The position numbers and the translations under genes are program-made. The notes beneath the pieces were generated by a model. The model saw only the letters and a list, made by a program, of their open reading frames with translations, was not told the DNA's origin and did no database searches. A DNA stretch of 64,000 nt from the NCBI GenBank assembly GCA_027485575.1, contig JAIXQU010000104.1:19984-83983 (forward strand), read 5' to 3'. Below, piece after piece: positions 10,190 through 20,549 of this stretch; position 1 is the stretch's first letter; every line of letters starts with the position of its first letter. This DNA comes from Cytophagaceae bacterium (GTDB lineage Bacteria; Bacteroidota; Bacteroidia; Cytophagales; Flexibacteraceae).

Positions 10190-11613
10190 TAAATCAGAAA
10201 GAAAACCTGCGGCTTGAAAAAGGCGAGAAATACAAAAATTCCGGCAAGAAAAAGCCAAAATAAGGATGACAATGAACTTCGCAATTTCAGTCCATCTGTC
10301 AGTTTATCCTTAAAAATCATGAGAAATGGAATCTGATAAAAGTAAGCCAAAGAAAATAACGTAGACAAAACCAAGGCTGCAAACAAAACAAATCCAAGCT
10401 GAAAATCGCCAAAAGAAAGGCCTGGCAGCAAGGTTGAAAACAAAAGCAGTTTGGCAGAAAAGCCTATGGTAGGTGGAATTCCAATTATGGACAAAACAAC
10501 CAGGGCAAAAAGGAAAGAAGCCAATGGGTGAACACCAAACTGACCTGAGAGATGCTCAATTCTTAAATTATCCTGTAAATGATTTTCGAAAAACTGGATT
10601 GCACAAAAGGCAGCCTGGTTGGCCACACCATAGGAAATGGCATACAATAAAAGCTGATTCTCTGAGTTGGGAATGTAATTGCAAAAAACCGCTGGAACCA
10701 ATAAAATACCCGCCTGTGCAATGGAAGAAAATGCAAAAAGATTTTTTAAAGTAGTTGAACGTAGTGCTGCAAAATTTCCAATAAAGATTCCGATTAAAAC
10801 AAGGACAATCAGAAAAAAAACCATGTGAGAGGAAGTATCCCTGGTTACCTGAAGAATGGCAAAAACACCAGCCACTTTTGGAGCAACTGACACAAAGCCA
10901 ACTAACGGCGTTGGTGCGCTTTCATAAACATCAGGAATCCAGAAATGAAACGGAAAACTTCCAATCTTAAAAAGCAAAAATGAAATAAACATTATGGTAG
11001 CCAGAGTTTTAAGGATTGGCAAATAAGCTTCACCCATAAAATCAGATTGACTTAGTCCTTCCAAACCAACTAAGTAGGACAATCCAAAAATGCCAATGGC
11101 AGATGCAAATGCCCCGACCCCAAAATACTTAACTACGGAGAAGACTTCTTTACCGGAGGAATTCACAGGCTTGGAAAGGCCAAAACTGCAAATCGAAACC
11201 AATTCGGCACTAAATAACAATAAAACCAGGGAACTGGATTGCAACATCAAATTCAACCCGATCACACTTAGAAGAATCAGAATAAAAACTTCGGTTCGCG
11301 ATTTTAAATTTCTGTTAACCTTCCATTCCAGATAACAAAACAATGATACTGAAGCAGATAAAAGGATAAATCTTTTGAGATAAACCGAAGAATCCCAAAA
11401 TCGAAAACCTAAAAATTCGCCATCCTGTGGTGTAAATCCAGCAAAATAAAATCCTCCCAGCAGAGAAAAAATGGTTATCCAAATTGAAATACCATAAGCA
11501 TGCTGCTGAAAGAAAAAGGAAAATATTATGATTAGGAAAACCCCAAAAAGCAAAAAAAACTCACTCCCTAATCCAGATTGCAGCAAAAATAATTTTAACT
11601 GAACCGGGAGCAT
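10189..11613 (-). CDS. NuoN-type (complex I chain N / ND2-like) proton-translocating antiporter subunit, stand-alone
   Basis: About 14 hydrophobic segments. It carries the hallmark KIGSFPFHFWIPDVYESAPTPLVGFVSVAPKVAG, the TM5 Glu (SAELVS) and the TM12 Lys (GFSAKLL). No other nuo gene is adjacent. Confidence 0.8.
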   Translation of the reverse strand: MLPVQLKLFLLQSGLGSEFFLLFGVFLIIIFSFFFQQHAYGISIWITIFSLLGGFYFAGFTPQDGEFLGFRFWDSSVYLKRFILLSASVSLFCYLEWKVNRNLKSRTEVFILILLSVIGLNLMLQSSSLVLLLFSAELVSICSFGLSKPVNSSGKEVFSVVKYFGVGAFASAIGIFGLSYLVGLEGLSQSDFMGEAYLPILKTLATIMFISFLLFKIGSFPFHFWIPDVYESAPTPLVGFVSVAPKVAGVFAILQVTRDTSSHMVFFLIVLVLIGIFIGNFAALRSTTLKNLFAFSSIAQAGILLVPAVFCNYIPNSENQLLLYAISYGVANQAAFCAIQFFENHLQDNLRIEHLSGQFGVHPLASFLFALVVLSIIGIPPTIGFSAKLLLFSTLLPGLSFGDFQLGFVLFAALVLSTLFSLAYFYQIPFLMIFKDKLTDGLKLRSSLSSLFWLFLAGIFVFLAFFKPQVFFLI

Positions 11614-11641
11614 AGAGAGTGAGTTTTAAGAAAATAAAAAC

Positions 11642-12580
11642 CTATTTCTGAACTACTTTTTGAAAATACTCTAAGGTCAATTTCAAACCTTCAGATCGGG
11701 AAACTTTGGGTTCCCACTGTAGTATTTCTCTGGCCTTAGTTATGTCTGGCTGACGCTGTTTTGGATCGTCTTTAGGTAAAGGCTTGTAAATCACCTTTGT
11801 TTTTGCACCGGTAAGTGCGATGATCTCTTCTGCAAATTGGTTAATTGTTATTTCTCCCGGATTTCCAATATTGACTGGAAACGGATAATCACTTAACAAT
11901 AGTCTGTAAATCCCATCAACCAAATCAGATACATAGCAAAAAGAACGTGTTTGGGTTCCATCACCAAATGCAGTTAAATCCTCTCCCCTTAAAGCTTGTC
12001 CAATGAATGCAGGCAAAACCCGGCCATCATCCAGACGCATTCTGGGACCGTATGTATTGAAGATCCTAACTATTCTGGTTTCTAAACCATGGTAGGTATG
12101 ATAGGCCATTGTTATTGCCTCCTGAAATCTTTTTGCTTCATCATAAACGCCTCTAGGACCAATAGGGTTAACATTTCCCCAATATTCCTCATTTTGCGGA
12201 TGAACCAACGGATCACCATATACCTCAGAAGTTGAGGCAATCAAGAACCTTGCATTTTTTGCTTTTGCCAGACCCAATAAATTATGCGTTCCCAATGAAC
12301 CCACTTTTAAAGTCTGAATAGGCAACTTTAAATAATCGATAGGAGAAGCGGGAGAAGCAAAATGAAGAATATAATCCAGATCTCCCGGGACATGAACAAA
12401 TTTTGACACATCATGGTGGTAAAATTCAAATTCCTTGAGATGAAATAAGTGTTCAATATTTGCAAGATTCCCGGTAATGAGGTTATCCATTGCAATTACA
12501 TGAAAACCTTCTTTCAGAAAACGGTCACACAGGTGGGAGCCAAGAAAACCAGCTCCTCCGGTAATTAGTACTTTTTTCAT
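11642..12580 (-). CDS. UDP-glucuronate decarboxylase (UDP-xylose synthase), SDR family
   Basis: [21 protein letters not shown] Rossmann motif, YDEAKR catalytic motif, 312 aa. It overlaps ugd by 4 nt. Confidence 0.85.
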   Translation of the reverse strand: MKKVLITGGAGFLGSHLCDRFLKEGFHVIAMDNLITGNLANIEHLFHLKEFEFYHHDVSKFVHVPGDLDYILHFASPASPIDYLKLPIQTLKVGSLGTHNLLGLAKAKNARFLIASTSEVYGDPLVHPQNEEYWGNVNPIGPRGVYDEAKRFQEAITMAYHTYHGLETRIVRIFNTYGPRMRLDDGRVLPAFIGQALRGEDLTAFGDGTQTRSFCYVSDLVDGIYRLLLSDYPFPVNIGNPGEITINQFAEEIIALTGAKTKVIYKPLPKDDPKQRQPDITKAREILQWEPKVSRSEGLKLTLEYFQKVVQK

Positions 12581-13905
12581 TTTGATTTTAAGGATGAAAT
12601 GACGGGTTGGCGACCAATTGAATAATAATCAAATCCAAGTTCAGCCATTTGGTCTGGCTCAAATACATTTCTGCCGTCAAAAATCACTTTATTTTTCATT
12701 AATTTTTCAATCTTTTCGAACTCAGGGGTTCTAAACTCCGGCCATTCTGTGACAACCAAAAGTGCATCTGCACCATCAATGGTGTCATAAAGGTCTGAAC
12801 CAAAAGAAATTTTGTTTCCAAAAATCTTTTCCACATTTGCCTGAGCCTCTGGGTCATACGCTTTTATTACAGCACCTTCTATCAAAAGAGCTGTAATGTT
12901 TTCTAACGCAGGTGCTTCACGGATGTCATCGGTATAGGGTTTAAAAGCAAGTCCCCAAACGGCAATTTTTTTACCAGATAGGTCACCTTTAAAATAGGCC
13001 TTTATAGCCGGCAACATCTTTGTTTTTTGCTGTTGGTTCACACTCATTACTGATTTCAGAATTTTGAATTCATAGTCAAAATCTGAAGAGGTTCTTGCCA
13101 GGGCTTGAACATCTTTTGGAAAACAACTTCCACCGTAACCAATTCCGGCAAATAAAAATCTTTTTCCAATTCTGCTGTCTGAGCCAATACCTCTTCTAAC
13201 TTCATCCACATTTGCTCCAACCCTTTCACAAAGATTGGCAATTTCATTCATGAAAGTAATTTTGGTCGCCAGAAAAGCATTTGCCGCATATTTGGTCAAT
13301 TCGGCTGAACGCTCATCCATAAACATCACCGGATTGCCTTGTCTGACCAAAGGGGCATAAAGTCTTTCCATGATTTTCTTTGCTCTTTCAGAAGTAGTAC
13401 CAATAACCACTCTATCTGGCTTCATAAAATCTTCAACTGCAACACCTTCCCTTAAAAATTCAGGATTGGAAACTACATCAAAATCAACTTTGGCATTTTT
13501 TGCAATATTGGCATGAACCAACTCCGCAGTGCCAACAGGGACTGTAGACTTGTCAACAATCACCGCATATTGGCTCAAAATTGGGCCTAAATCTGTTGCC
13601 ACACCTAGTATGTAACTTAAATCTGCAGAGCCATCCTCGCCCGGAGGAGTTGGAAGGGCAAGGAAAATTATACTGGCGTCCTGAATTCCTTCCTTGAGGT
13701 TGGTAGTGAAGGTTAGTCTTCCCTGGTGAATATTTCTATCAAAAAGAACATCCAAACCCGGTTCAAATATTGGAATTACGCCGTTTTTGAGACTTTTAAC
13801 CTTTTCTTCATTTATATCTATGCAGGTCACAGAATTACCTGTTTCTGCAAAGCAAGTACCGGTTACCAAACCTACATAACCTGTTCCTACTACAGCAATT
13901 TTCAT
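12577..13905 (-). CDS. ugd: UDP-glucose 6-dehydrogenase
   Basis: [17 protein letters not shown]-terminus, GGSCFPKD catalytic Cys motif, 442 aa. Confidence 0.9.
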   Translation of the reverse strand: MKIAVVGTGYVGLVTGTCFAETGNSVTCIDINEEKVKSLKNGVIPIFEPGLDVLFDRNIHQGRLTFTTNLKEGIQDASIIFLALPTPPGEDGSADLSYILGVATDLGPILSQYAVIVDKSTVPVGTAELVHANIAKNAKVDFDVVSNPEFLREGVAVEDFMKPDRVVIGTTSERAKKIMERLYAPLVRQGNPVMFMDERSAELTKYAANAFLATKITFMNEIANLCERVGANVDEVRRGIGSDSRIGKRFLFAGIGYGGSCFPKDVQALARTSSDFDYEFKILKSVMSVNQQQKTKMLPAIKAYFKGDLSGKKIAVWGLAFKPYTDDIREAPALENITALLIEGAVIKAYDPEAQANVEKIFGNKISFGSDLYDTIDGADALLVVTEWPEFRTPEFEKIEKLMKNKVIFDGRNVFEPDQMAELGFDYYSIGRQPVISSLKSK

Positions 13906-14042
13906 TTTTTTATTCTTCTGAATTGAGAATGCAAAACTGCTTCAAAAATTGAATGGATAAAACCTAAATTAAAATATTATTTAAGAATGACTGTTAATTG
14001 TGGGATTAAGCAGACATTTGCGGTTAAATACTGGCCCAATCT

Positions 14043-14822
14043 GTGAAATTTCTTTCATACTTTTCAATTCAAGCCCTGGTTTTAATCTCTGTTATTTCTT
14101 TGGCAAATGCTCAGGAAAATAAAGAATCGAAAGGAAAAATTGATAAACGCTGCCTCATTTTTAATGGCTTTACAGGTTTATCTGTTCCTGGCAATGACCT
14201 GGTAAAGGATTATGGAACTTTCGGAGAAATTGGTGGTGGAGTGATGTTTCAAAGCAAATCCAAATGGCTGTTTGGTTTGGATTTTTCTTACTTTTTTGGG
14301 AATGGGGTAAAAAAAGACCCTGTGGCCAATCTTCGGAATGAAGAAGGACAAATCATTGGAAATAATGGTAGTTACGCCACCTTCAAGGTTTTCCAACGTG
14401 GCTTTCAATTTCCCCATCTAAAATTTGGAAGGACCTTTGCCCTAAGAAAAAATCCAATTCAGAATTCATTTGGTGGGCTAACCTTAATTTCCGGAATTGG
14501 CTGGTTTCAACACTGGACCTACATACAAGACCTAAGTAAAAAAACACCTCAGTTTTCAAAAGATTATATCAATGGATATGACAGAATGACCAATGGGCCT
14601 AGTGTTGGTTTTTGGGTCGGATATCTTTTTATTCCCAATCGGTCAAAAATCAACTTTCATTTGGAAGGAGGATATTTTGCCAGTTTTACAAAAACAAAAA
14701 GGTATGATTTCGCAAACAACTTTCTGCCCATTGAAAAAAGGGTTGATTCCATGGTACAATTAAGGCTGAGAATTTGCTTCACCGTTCGTTCAAAAGCAGA
14801 AGAAGAATATTATTACTATTAA
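14043..14822 (+). CDS. Secreted/outer-membrane protein of unknown function
   Basis: GTG start, signal peptide ending LANAQ, and a beta-rich, aromatic-rich sequence. I recognise no family. Confidence 0.5.
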   Translation: MKFLSYFSIQALVLISVISLANAQENKESKGKIDKRCLIFNGFTGLSVPGNDLVKDYGTFGEIGGGVMFQSKSKWLFGLDFSYFFGNGVKKDPVANLRNEEGQIIGNNGSYATFKVFQRGFQFPHLKFGRTFALRKNPIQNSFGGLTLISGIGWFQHWTYIQDLSKKTPQFSKDYINGYDRMTNGPSVGFWVGYLFIPNRSKINFHLEGGYFASFTKTKRYDFANNFLPIEKRVDSMVQLRLRICFTVRSKAEEEYYYY

Positions 14823-14834
14823 AAAAACATCCTT

Positions 14835-15395
14835 ATGAAAATGCGTTCACAAACACCGAGCAATTTTAATCCATGGCATAACATCCATTTTGGTGATAAT
14901 CAACCGGATATTGTAAATGCGGTAATTGAAATCCCATCTGGATCCAAAGGAAAATTTGAACTTGACAAAGAAACAGGATTGTTAAAACTGGATAGGGTTT
15001 TGTTTTCTGCCGTTCACTACCCGGCCAATTATGGATTCATTCCCCGTACCTATTGTGATGACAAAGATCCATTGGATATCCTTGTTATCACCTCAATTGA
15101 ATTGCCGCACCTTTGCCAGGTTGATGCAAAAGTAATTGGTGTAATGCGGATGATTGACCAAGGTGAGGCTGATGACAAAATCATTGCTGTGGCAGCAAAT
15201 GACATGTCAGTAAACCATTTGGACAACATTCATGAGTTGCCCATTCACATCATCAACCAAATTCAAAGGTTTTTTGAGGATTATAAAAAATTGGAGCATA
15301 AGGAAGTGGTGGTTGAAAATTTTCTCCCAAAAGACGAGGCTTTCAAAATCATTAAGGATGCGATTCAACTCTACAAGGATACCTTTCTCTGGTAA
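14835..15395 (+). CDS. ppa: Inorganic pyrophosphatase (family I)
   Basis: [35 protein letters not shown] and DDKIIAV motifs. Confidence 0.9.
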   Translation: MKMRSQTPSNFNPWHNIHFGDNQPDIVNAVIEIPSGSKGKFELDKETGLLKLDRVLFSAVHYPANYGFIPRTYCDDKDPLDILVITSIELPHLCQVDAKVIGVMRMIDQGEADDKIIAVAANDMSVNHLDNIHELPIHIINQIQRFFEDYKKLEHKEVVVENFLPKDEAFKIIKDAIQLYKDTFLW

Positions 15396-15406
15396 AAGTA
15401 TAAAAG

Positions 15407-15423
15407 AAGCCAATTGGGCTTTT
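15407..15423. terminator. Hairpin between convergent genes (ppa and the NHL lipoprotein gene)
   Basis: gaagccaattgggcttt forms a short GC-containing stem followed by a T-rich tract on the plus strand. Confidence 0.45.
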
Positions 15424-15489
15424 GTATTTATTGCTTCTTGTAGTCCAACCAAATAAAATTGAATTGTTCTAAACCAGATAGTCCCTGGG

Positions 15490-16692
15490 TTACTGCTCGT
15501 AATCCGAAGTCAGTTTATACCGCATGATTCTCTTATTTCCGGCATCGGCTACATAAAGAATCTGGTCAAAAAAGGCAATTGCACTTGGCCTGATAAATTG
15601 AGTCGGGCCAGAACCTGTTCCTCCAAAACTCACATTAATTAGTTTGCGGTTGGTATTTTGGGCGGGAGGTATGGCTCCTTCATATCCATTTTCCTGAAAC
15701 ACAAATATGCTGTCACTACCCGCATCTGCTACAAAAATATACTTCTGACTAGTTCCGCCATAATGAACAGCCACAGGCTTTTTGAACCTGAATGTTTCAT
15801 AAAGCGCTCCATCAGCTTCACTTTTAGAAGGAAATGAGAGAGGCTTAAAATTGGTAACAAGCCCTTCCGGTGTGAGCAAAACCTCCATATATCTTACAGA
15901 AATTCCTAAATCTTCCGTAATCGATGTGTAGATAAAATCCTTTCGGGCTTCCATTCTTAATCTTTGTGGAGGCTGAACAAGGGTTGTCAATCCAATCGGA
16001 GAAATAGATTTAATTGGATCTCCTTCTGTAAAACCGCCTTGAAATTGATCTTTCTGATTAAAGGTTAAAACTGAATTTCGTCGGGTTATAAAAACCTTGG
16101 TTTCCTGAGGACCACTGGAAGAAACATAATAAGAGTTGTTATCCATAAACCCAATGGCATGAAAATTTGTTAACCGCAATGCTTCAGGCTCATTTAGTTT
16201 GGATGTTTCATTGATGCAAAAAGGATAAATCAGCTTTTTAGTTATTATCGCATCATTCAAACTAATTTGTTGGGTAACACCCTCACCTCCAGATCCTTTT
16301 TGACTTATTTTATAAATTACAGGTAAATTGTATGTCAGTGATTTAATGATCGTATCCATCCGCCCAATTGCATAAAGATCCAGACTCCTGTTTTGAATCA
16401 CAAATGTCACCCCTGGCAAATTGAACTTCCCCAATTGTTTACCAGCTGCATCAAAACTAAGGATAGCACTTCCTGAATCAACAGCATACAACAACTGGTC
16501 GTAACCAAAGTACAGGCTTACTGGCGTTATCTGAGAACCAAAAGCAGGTAAAACAGGAACGTACTCAACACTTCTTAAACTGTAATCCGGTTTTTCAATA
16601 TAGTCTTCAACCTTATTTTTCTCTCCAAAAAAAGAGCATCCCCAGGAAATGGATAGCACTAAAATAATAGATAATCTTATTCCTATTTTCAT
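15490..16692 (-). CDS. NHL-repeat beta-propeller lipoprotein (last gene of the envelope operon)
   Basis: Lipoprotein signal LSISWGC. NHL-like repeats (YAVDSGSAILSFD, FVADAGSDSIFVF, LYVADAGNKRIMRYKL). The start overlaps the upstream stop by 4 nt. Confidence 0.7.
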   Translation of the reverse strand: MKIGIRLSIILVLSISWGCSFFGEKNKVEDYIEKPDYSLRSVEYVPVLPAFGSQITPVSLYFGYDQLLYAVDSGSAILSFDAAGKQLGKFNLPGVTFVIQNRSLDLYAIGRMDTIIKSLTYNLPVIYKISQKGSGGEGVTQQISLNDAIITKKLIYPFCINETSKLNEPEALRLTNFHAIGFMDNNSYYVSSSGPQETKVFITRRNSVLTFNQKDQFQGGFTEGDPIKSISPIGLTTLVQPPQRLRMEARKDFIYTSITEDLGISVRYMEVLLTPEGLVTNFKPLSFPSKSEADGALYETFRFKKPVAVHYGGTSQKYIFVADAGSDSIFVFQENGYEGAIPPAQNTNRKLINVSFGGTGSGPTQFIRPSAIAFFDQILYVADAGNKRIMRYKLTSDYEQ

Positions 16693-17696
16693 TGTCCTAT
16701 TTTTTGAAAACCTAATGTTAAACCAAACAAAAACTGCCAGCCAAGATTGGTTGTTGGCAATGAGGTGGCTTCAATAATAAGTGGAAAAGCACCTATCCGG
16801 GACCTGACACCGAACCCAAAGGAAAAAAATTCTCCAGGAACATTAATCCTGACACCCGACCTCACAAAAATCAAGCTATCGGTTTCAAATTCCATTCCAA
16901 TCCTGATGTTCTCAGCATTGTCGTTGGGGTGATTCAATTGGCTTGAAATGGTAAATTTGTCCCCATTTTTTTTGTATGGAACAATAGATACTCCCATTGA
17001 AAACAAAGTAGGTGCGCCATATCCATCCTTGGGAACTCCGTCCTTCCGATTGTAAAGGATGGGTAAATCAGAACCGGAGACTGTAGAATTGGCACCAAAA
17101 TGCTGCAAACCGACTGCAAAAGAAAGGTCCTTCCAATCTGTTTTGTATAAAAATCCTAAATCCACAGAAAGAGCATGGGCAGAGTATTGGGCCAATTGCT
17201 CACGGATAAAATTGACATTGGCACCAAAACTAAACATTTTGGAAAGTGCTTTGGAATATCCCAAACCTAATTTTAAGGCATCAGAACTATATTGAGTTCC
17301 ATCTCCAAAAGGCTGAAATTCGGTTCTTCTTTTTTGGCTTCCAGAACTTAAATAGTTCAAGGAAAACATATAGGCTGCTTTATTTTGAGTTGGATAAATA
17401 CCGCCCAAAAAAGTTTGATACAATCCTGCAGGCAATTTTCTTGAAGATAAAGAAACCACAGGGAACGAATTACCCGCACCTCCCGCAGGATTTACAAGAC
17501 TTGAAAATCCGTCTCCTTGCAATGCTATGCTTGCCCCTCCCATTCCCACTGACCTGGGCGAAAGATCGTTTTTTAAGAAAGGCATCGCTGAAATTCCAGC
17601 CCTTTGCCCCCCAAGGTTTGGGAAAACCTGTGCAAAAAGGTCAGAAAATGAAAACAGGCAAATTTGAAAAACGACTATGAATACTTTTTTCAACAT
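16689..17696 (-). CDS. PorV/PorQ-family outer-membrane beta-barrel
   Basis: Signal peptide ending DLFAQ. N-terminal signature GGQRAGISAMPFLKNDLSPRSVGMGGASIAL...NPAG matches the conserved PorV/PorQ (LptO-like) motif as I remember it. The rest is beta-barrel-like. Confidence 0.65.
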   Translation of the reverse strand: MLKKVFIVVFQICLFSFSDLFAQVFPNLGGQRAGISAMPFLKNDLSPRSVGMGGASIALQGDGFSSLVNPAGGAGNSFPVVSLSSRKLPAGLYQTFLGGIYPTQNKAAYMFSLNYLSSGSQKRRTEFQPFGDGTQYSSDALKLGLGYSKALSKMFSFGANVNFIREQLAQYSAHALSVDLGFLYKTDWKDLSFAVGLQHFGANSTVSGSDLPILYNRKDGVPKDGYGAPTLFSMGVSIVPYKKNGDKFTISSQLNHPNDNAENIRIGMEFETDSLIFVRSGVRINVPGEFFSFGFGVRSRIGAFPLIIEATSLPTTNLGWQFLFGLTLGFQKIGQ

Positions 17697-17702
17697 ATCT
17701 TT

Positions 17703-20549
17703 CTAGAAATTAAAGCCAATTCCATATAAAAATTGCCTTGGTTGAAGAAATCTGGCAGGATTGGAAGGTGGCAATCCTGATGTATTCGGGTCCGTATACC
17801 TTGGATCTCTGGATTCAAATGGCAAGGGGTCGCCATCCCGGTAGGCCCTTCCGGTTACCGGATTTACCAACTGGGCATTCTTATTATTGAAAATATTCTT
17901 TATCTCAAAAGATAAATAAGCCCTTAGTTTTCTTGTAAAATAAATATCCCTTGAAATACTTAAATCCGTCCAAAACCAGGAAGAACCTATTTCTTTAAAT
18001 TGACTGTTTGGTTTAAGTTCATAAATAGTCCGGCCTAAATCATTTTGTCCTGCAGCCTGATAGGGTGTATATCGAAGTCCTGATTTCCAGGTCGTAAAGA
18101 CAAAGAACCGGAATTTTTTCAATGGAACTCCCCAAAGTACTGCATTTGAGTCCGGAGTATAAATCAAAGAACCCTTTAAATCGAAAGGTCGGTCCCAGGC
18201 GAGATACTGCTCTTTGGTCGTATTAACCTGACCAGTCTGGCGAATTTGGAGCAATGATTCTTTTGCTGTATTGGACTTTCCTGTAGCTACCTGATAACCT
18301 GCATTAAAACTGGCCCTGATTTCTTTTGAAAATCTGTAGTTTAAACCAATTTCAACGCCCCGAACCCTGGCATAATCCTGATTGATACTAATGACCCTAT
18401 CCACGAATTCCTGCCCAAGTCTGGGGTCAATAATCTCTGCAGTTCTGTTTACAATGAAATCAAATTGGTCCTTATAAAAAGCAGTAAGTGTTAAAGAAAA
18501 ATCTCTTGTAATCTGCGATTTAACACCTAATTCGTATGAAACGGCTACTTCTGGATTTAGGTTTGGATTACCCGCGTTGGCCCCGGAAACACGGTTTTGA
18601 TAATTGGTATCCAGGCCAGCATATAAGAATCTTGGGTGAGGTAACCGTAAAGAATGCCCATAATTGAAGTACAACACATTGTTTTCAGTTACAGGAAAAG
18701 AAACCCTCACTTTGGGCAAAAACCTGGCTTTCCACCTTAACCCAAAAATTTCTGCAGTCTGCTTTTTATACTCATCTCTGTTGGATTGCGCAATAAAGGT
18801 GTATGGATTATCAATCGCTTTATCTGCAAATTTTCCTGGTGCCCAATATTCAAAACGAGCCCCAATAACAGCAATAATGCCCTTATATTTTATTTCGTCC
18901 TGGGCAAAGATTGCTCCGTTATGTGGTTTCACTGCCCAGACATCGTTGGATTGACCAATCCTGCTGGAAGGTGTAAATGACCCATCATTCAATTGGATCG
19001 GTGCTCCAACCCACGGACGGCTCACATCAATCCATTGCATATTTTGGTATTTATGCTCCATTCCCATTGAGGCAAAATGGATTCTGTCATCTGACAAATA
19101 GGTGAACTTTCCTTTGAAAGTAAACTCCTCGTAAAAGTGGTCATGCCACAAAGTAGAAATACCTCCATTGTTGTTAAAACCTTCGCTTGGCAATACATAA
19201 AGCACAGAATCAGAAGCACTTCTGGGGTCATCATAAATGGTAACCGGATCTGTGATTATGGCATCAGGGTCATATACTTTATTTACACTTTTATCTCTAA
19301 AAGGTCTTCCATTGGCATCTGCCCGAAGGCGTGTAAAAAGCCTTCCAACCGTTGCATCAAGTTTCCACTTTTTGTTCAAACTGTGTCTGACATTTAAAGC
19401 CGATAGATTTGACCGGTGCGTATATGTTGTTGCATTGTCCATCTCTCTGGAAAATGCATATTGGAAACCAGGAACCATAATTTGGTCAAAACCAATAATC
19501 TGAAGCGTTCGCGTATTTTGGTTTATGGCAACACTATGTTGGTTTGTAATTGAAATTTTGGTGCCGGAACCCAGGTTATAAGCCATCTTAAATGTATGGC
19601 TCCATTTATTATCCTGTCTTGGTGCCCAAAAAGAATTGTTATCCATTAAACTCGAATTGAGCTGATTGGCATAAAATCTAAAATAATCACTTGTAAATCC
19701 TATGTTGGCAGAAGTAAAAAGGGTTAGTTTTTTATTTGTACCCGGGATGGGGGTACCAATGGAAATTTCAGCCAAATCCGTATTCCATGCGTTTCCAGAT
19801 AACTTATTGAAGCCCAGATTATCTCTCTGCCACCTCCCTCCTACTGTGAACCTATCTGAACCCTCCTTTATTTTTGTTACAATGGTTCCCGAATTTGAAT
19901 TGTATTCAGCGTCACTTCCTCCTGTCATTACGGTAATGTCCTGAACAGAACCAGAGGCAACCTCTGTTCCGAAACCGGTACCCGCCAAGGGATCGGATGC
20001 ATTAATCCCATCTACCAGATATTGGGTTTCATATACCCTGCCGCCCCGGATTTGCAAACCATCAGGAGATTGACTAACCCCGGCTTGCATGGCAGCAACG
20101 TCCTGAACATTTCTAACATTCATTTCCTTGATGTCCCCCGCCGAAATTCTTATCTCACTTTTTCCACTTTCAAGGTCAACAGTCGGTTTTTCGCCAATTA
20201 TTTCAACACTTTCAAGGTCATTGGCTTGCTCTTCAAGACTTGTGCTTAGAGTTACTGTTGTTCCGTTTCCAATTCGTATTCCGTTGAAGACCTTTTCTTT
20301 ATAGCCCACATAACTCACGCGTATGCTGTAATCACCCGGTTTTATTCCGGTAATGGAATACTTTCCATTAAAATCTGTGGATGCTCCTTTGTATGTTCCA
20401 ATCAATAAGACTGTGGCTCCAATTAGTCCTTCTTTGGTTGATTTATCGGCAATTACGCCTGACAGAGTCCCTTGAGCAAAAAGTTTTGAAGTTAAACTTA
20501 GAAAAAACAGACATCTAAAAAACACTGAACTACCAGTTAAAATCTTCAT
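17703..20549 (-). CDS. TonB-dependent receptor with N-terminal CarboxypepD_reg-like domain
   Basis: 948 aa with a signal peptide ending KLFAQ. It has a CarboxypepD_reg-like beta-sandwich (GTLSGVIADKSTKEGLIGATVLL...GKYSITGIKPGDYSIRVSYVGY) and a plug region (IRGGRVYETQYLVDGINASDP). A long barrel ends in the aromatic terminal residue (...YGIGFNF). Confidence 0.85.
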   Translation of the reverse strand: MKILTGSSVFFRCLFFLSLTSKLFAQGTLSGVIADKSTKEGLIGATVLLIGTYKGASTDFNGKYSITGIKPGDYSIRVSYVGYKEKVFNGIRIGNGTTVTLSTSLEEQANDLESVEIIGEKPTVDLESGKSEIRISAGDIKEMNVRNVQDVAAMQAGVSQSPDGLQIRGGRVYETQYLVDGINASDPLAGTGFGTEVASGSVQDITVMTGGSDAEYNSNSGTIVTKIKEGSDRFTVGGRWQRDNLGFNKLSGNAWNTDLAEISIGTPIPGTNKKLTLFTSANIGFTSDYFRFYANQLNSSLMDNNSFWAPRQDNKWSHTFKMAYNLGSGTKISITNQHSVAINQNTRTLQIIGFDQIMVPGFQYAFSREMDNATTYTHRSNLSALNVRHSLNKKWKLDATVGRLFTRLRADANGRPFRDKSVNKVYDPDAIITDPVTIYDDPRSASDSVLYVLPSEGFNNNGGISTLWHDHFYEEFTFKGKFTYLSDDRIHFASMGMEHKYQNMQWIDVSRPWVGAPIQLNDGSFTPSSRIGQSNDVWAVKPHNGAIFAQDEIKYKGIIAVIGARFEYWAPGKFADKAIDNPYTFIAQSNRDEYKKQTAEIFGLRWKARFLPKVRVSFPVTENNVLYFNYGHSLRLPHPRFLYAGLDTNYQNRVSGANAGNPNLNPEVAVSYELGVKSQITRDFSLTLTAFYKDQFDFIVNRTAEIIDPRLGQEFVDRVISINQDYARVRGVEIGLNYRFSKEIRASFNAGYQVATGKSNTAKESLLQIRQTGQVNTTKEQYLAWDRPFDLKGSLIYTPDSNAVLWGVPLKKFRFFVFTTWKSGLRYTPYQAAGQNDLGRTIYELKPNSQFKEIGSSWFWTDLSISRDIYFTRKLRAYLSFEIKNIFNNKNAQLVNPVTGRAYRDGDPLPFESRDPRYTDPNTSGLPPSNPARFLQPRQFLYGIGFNF

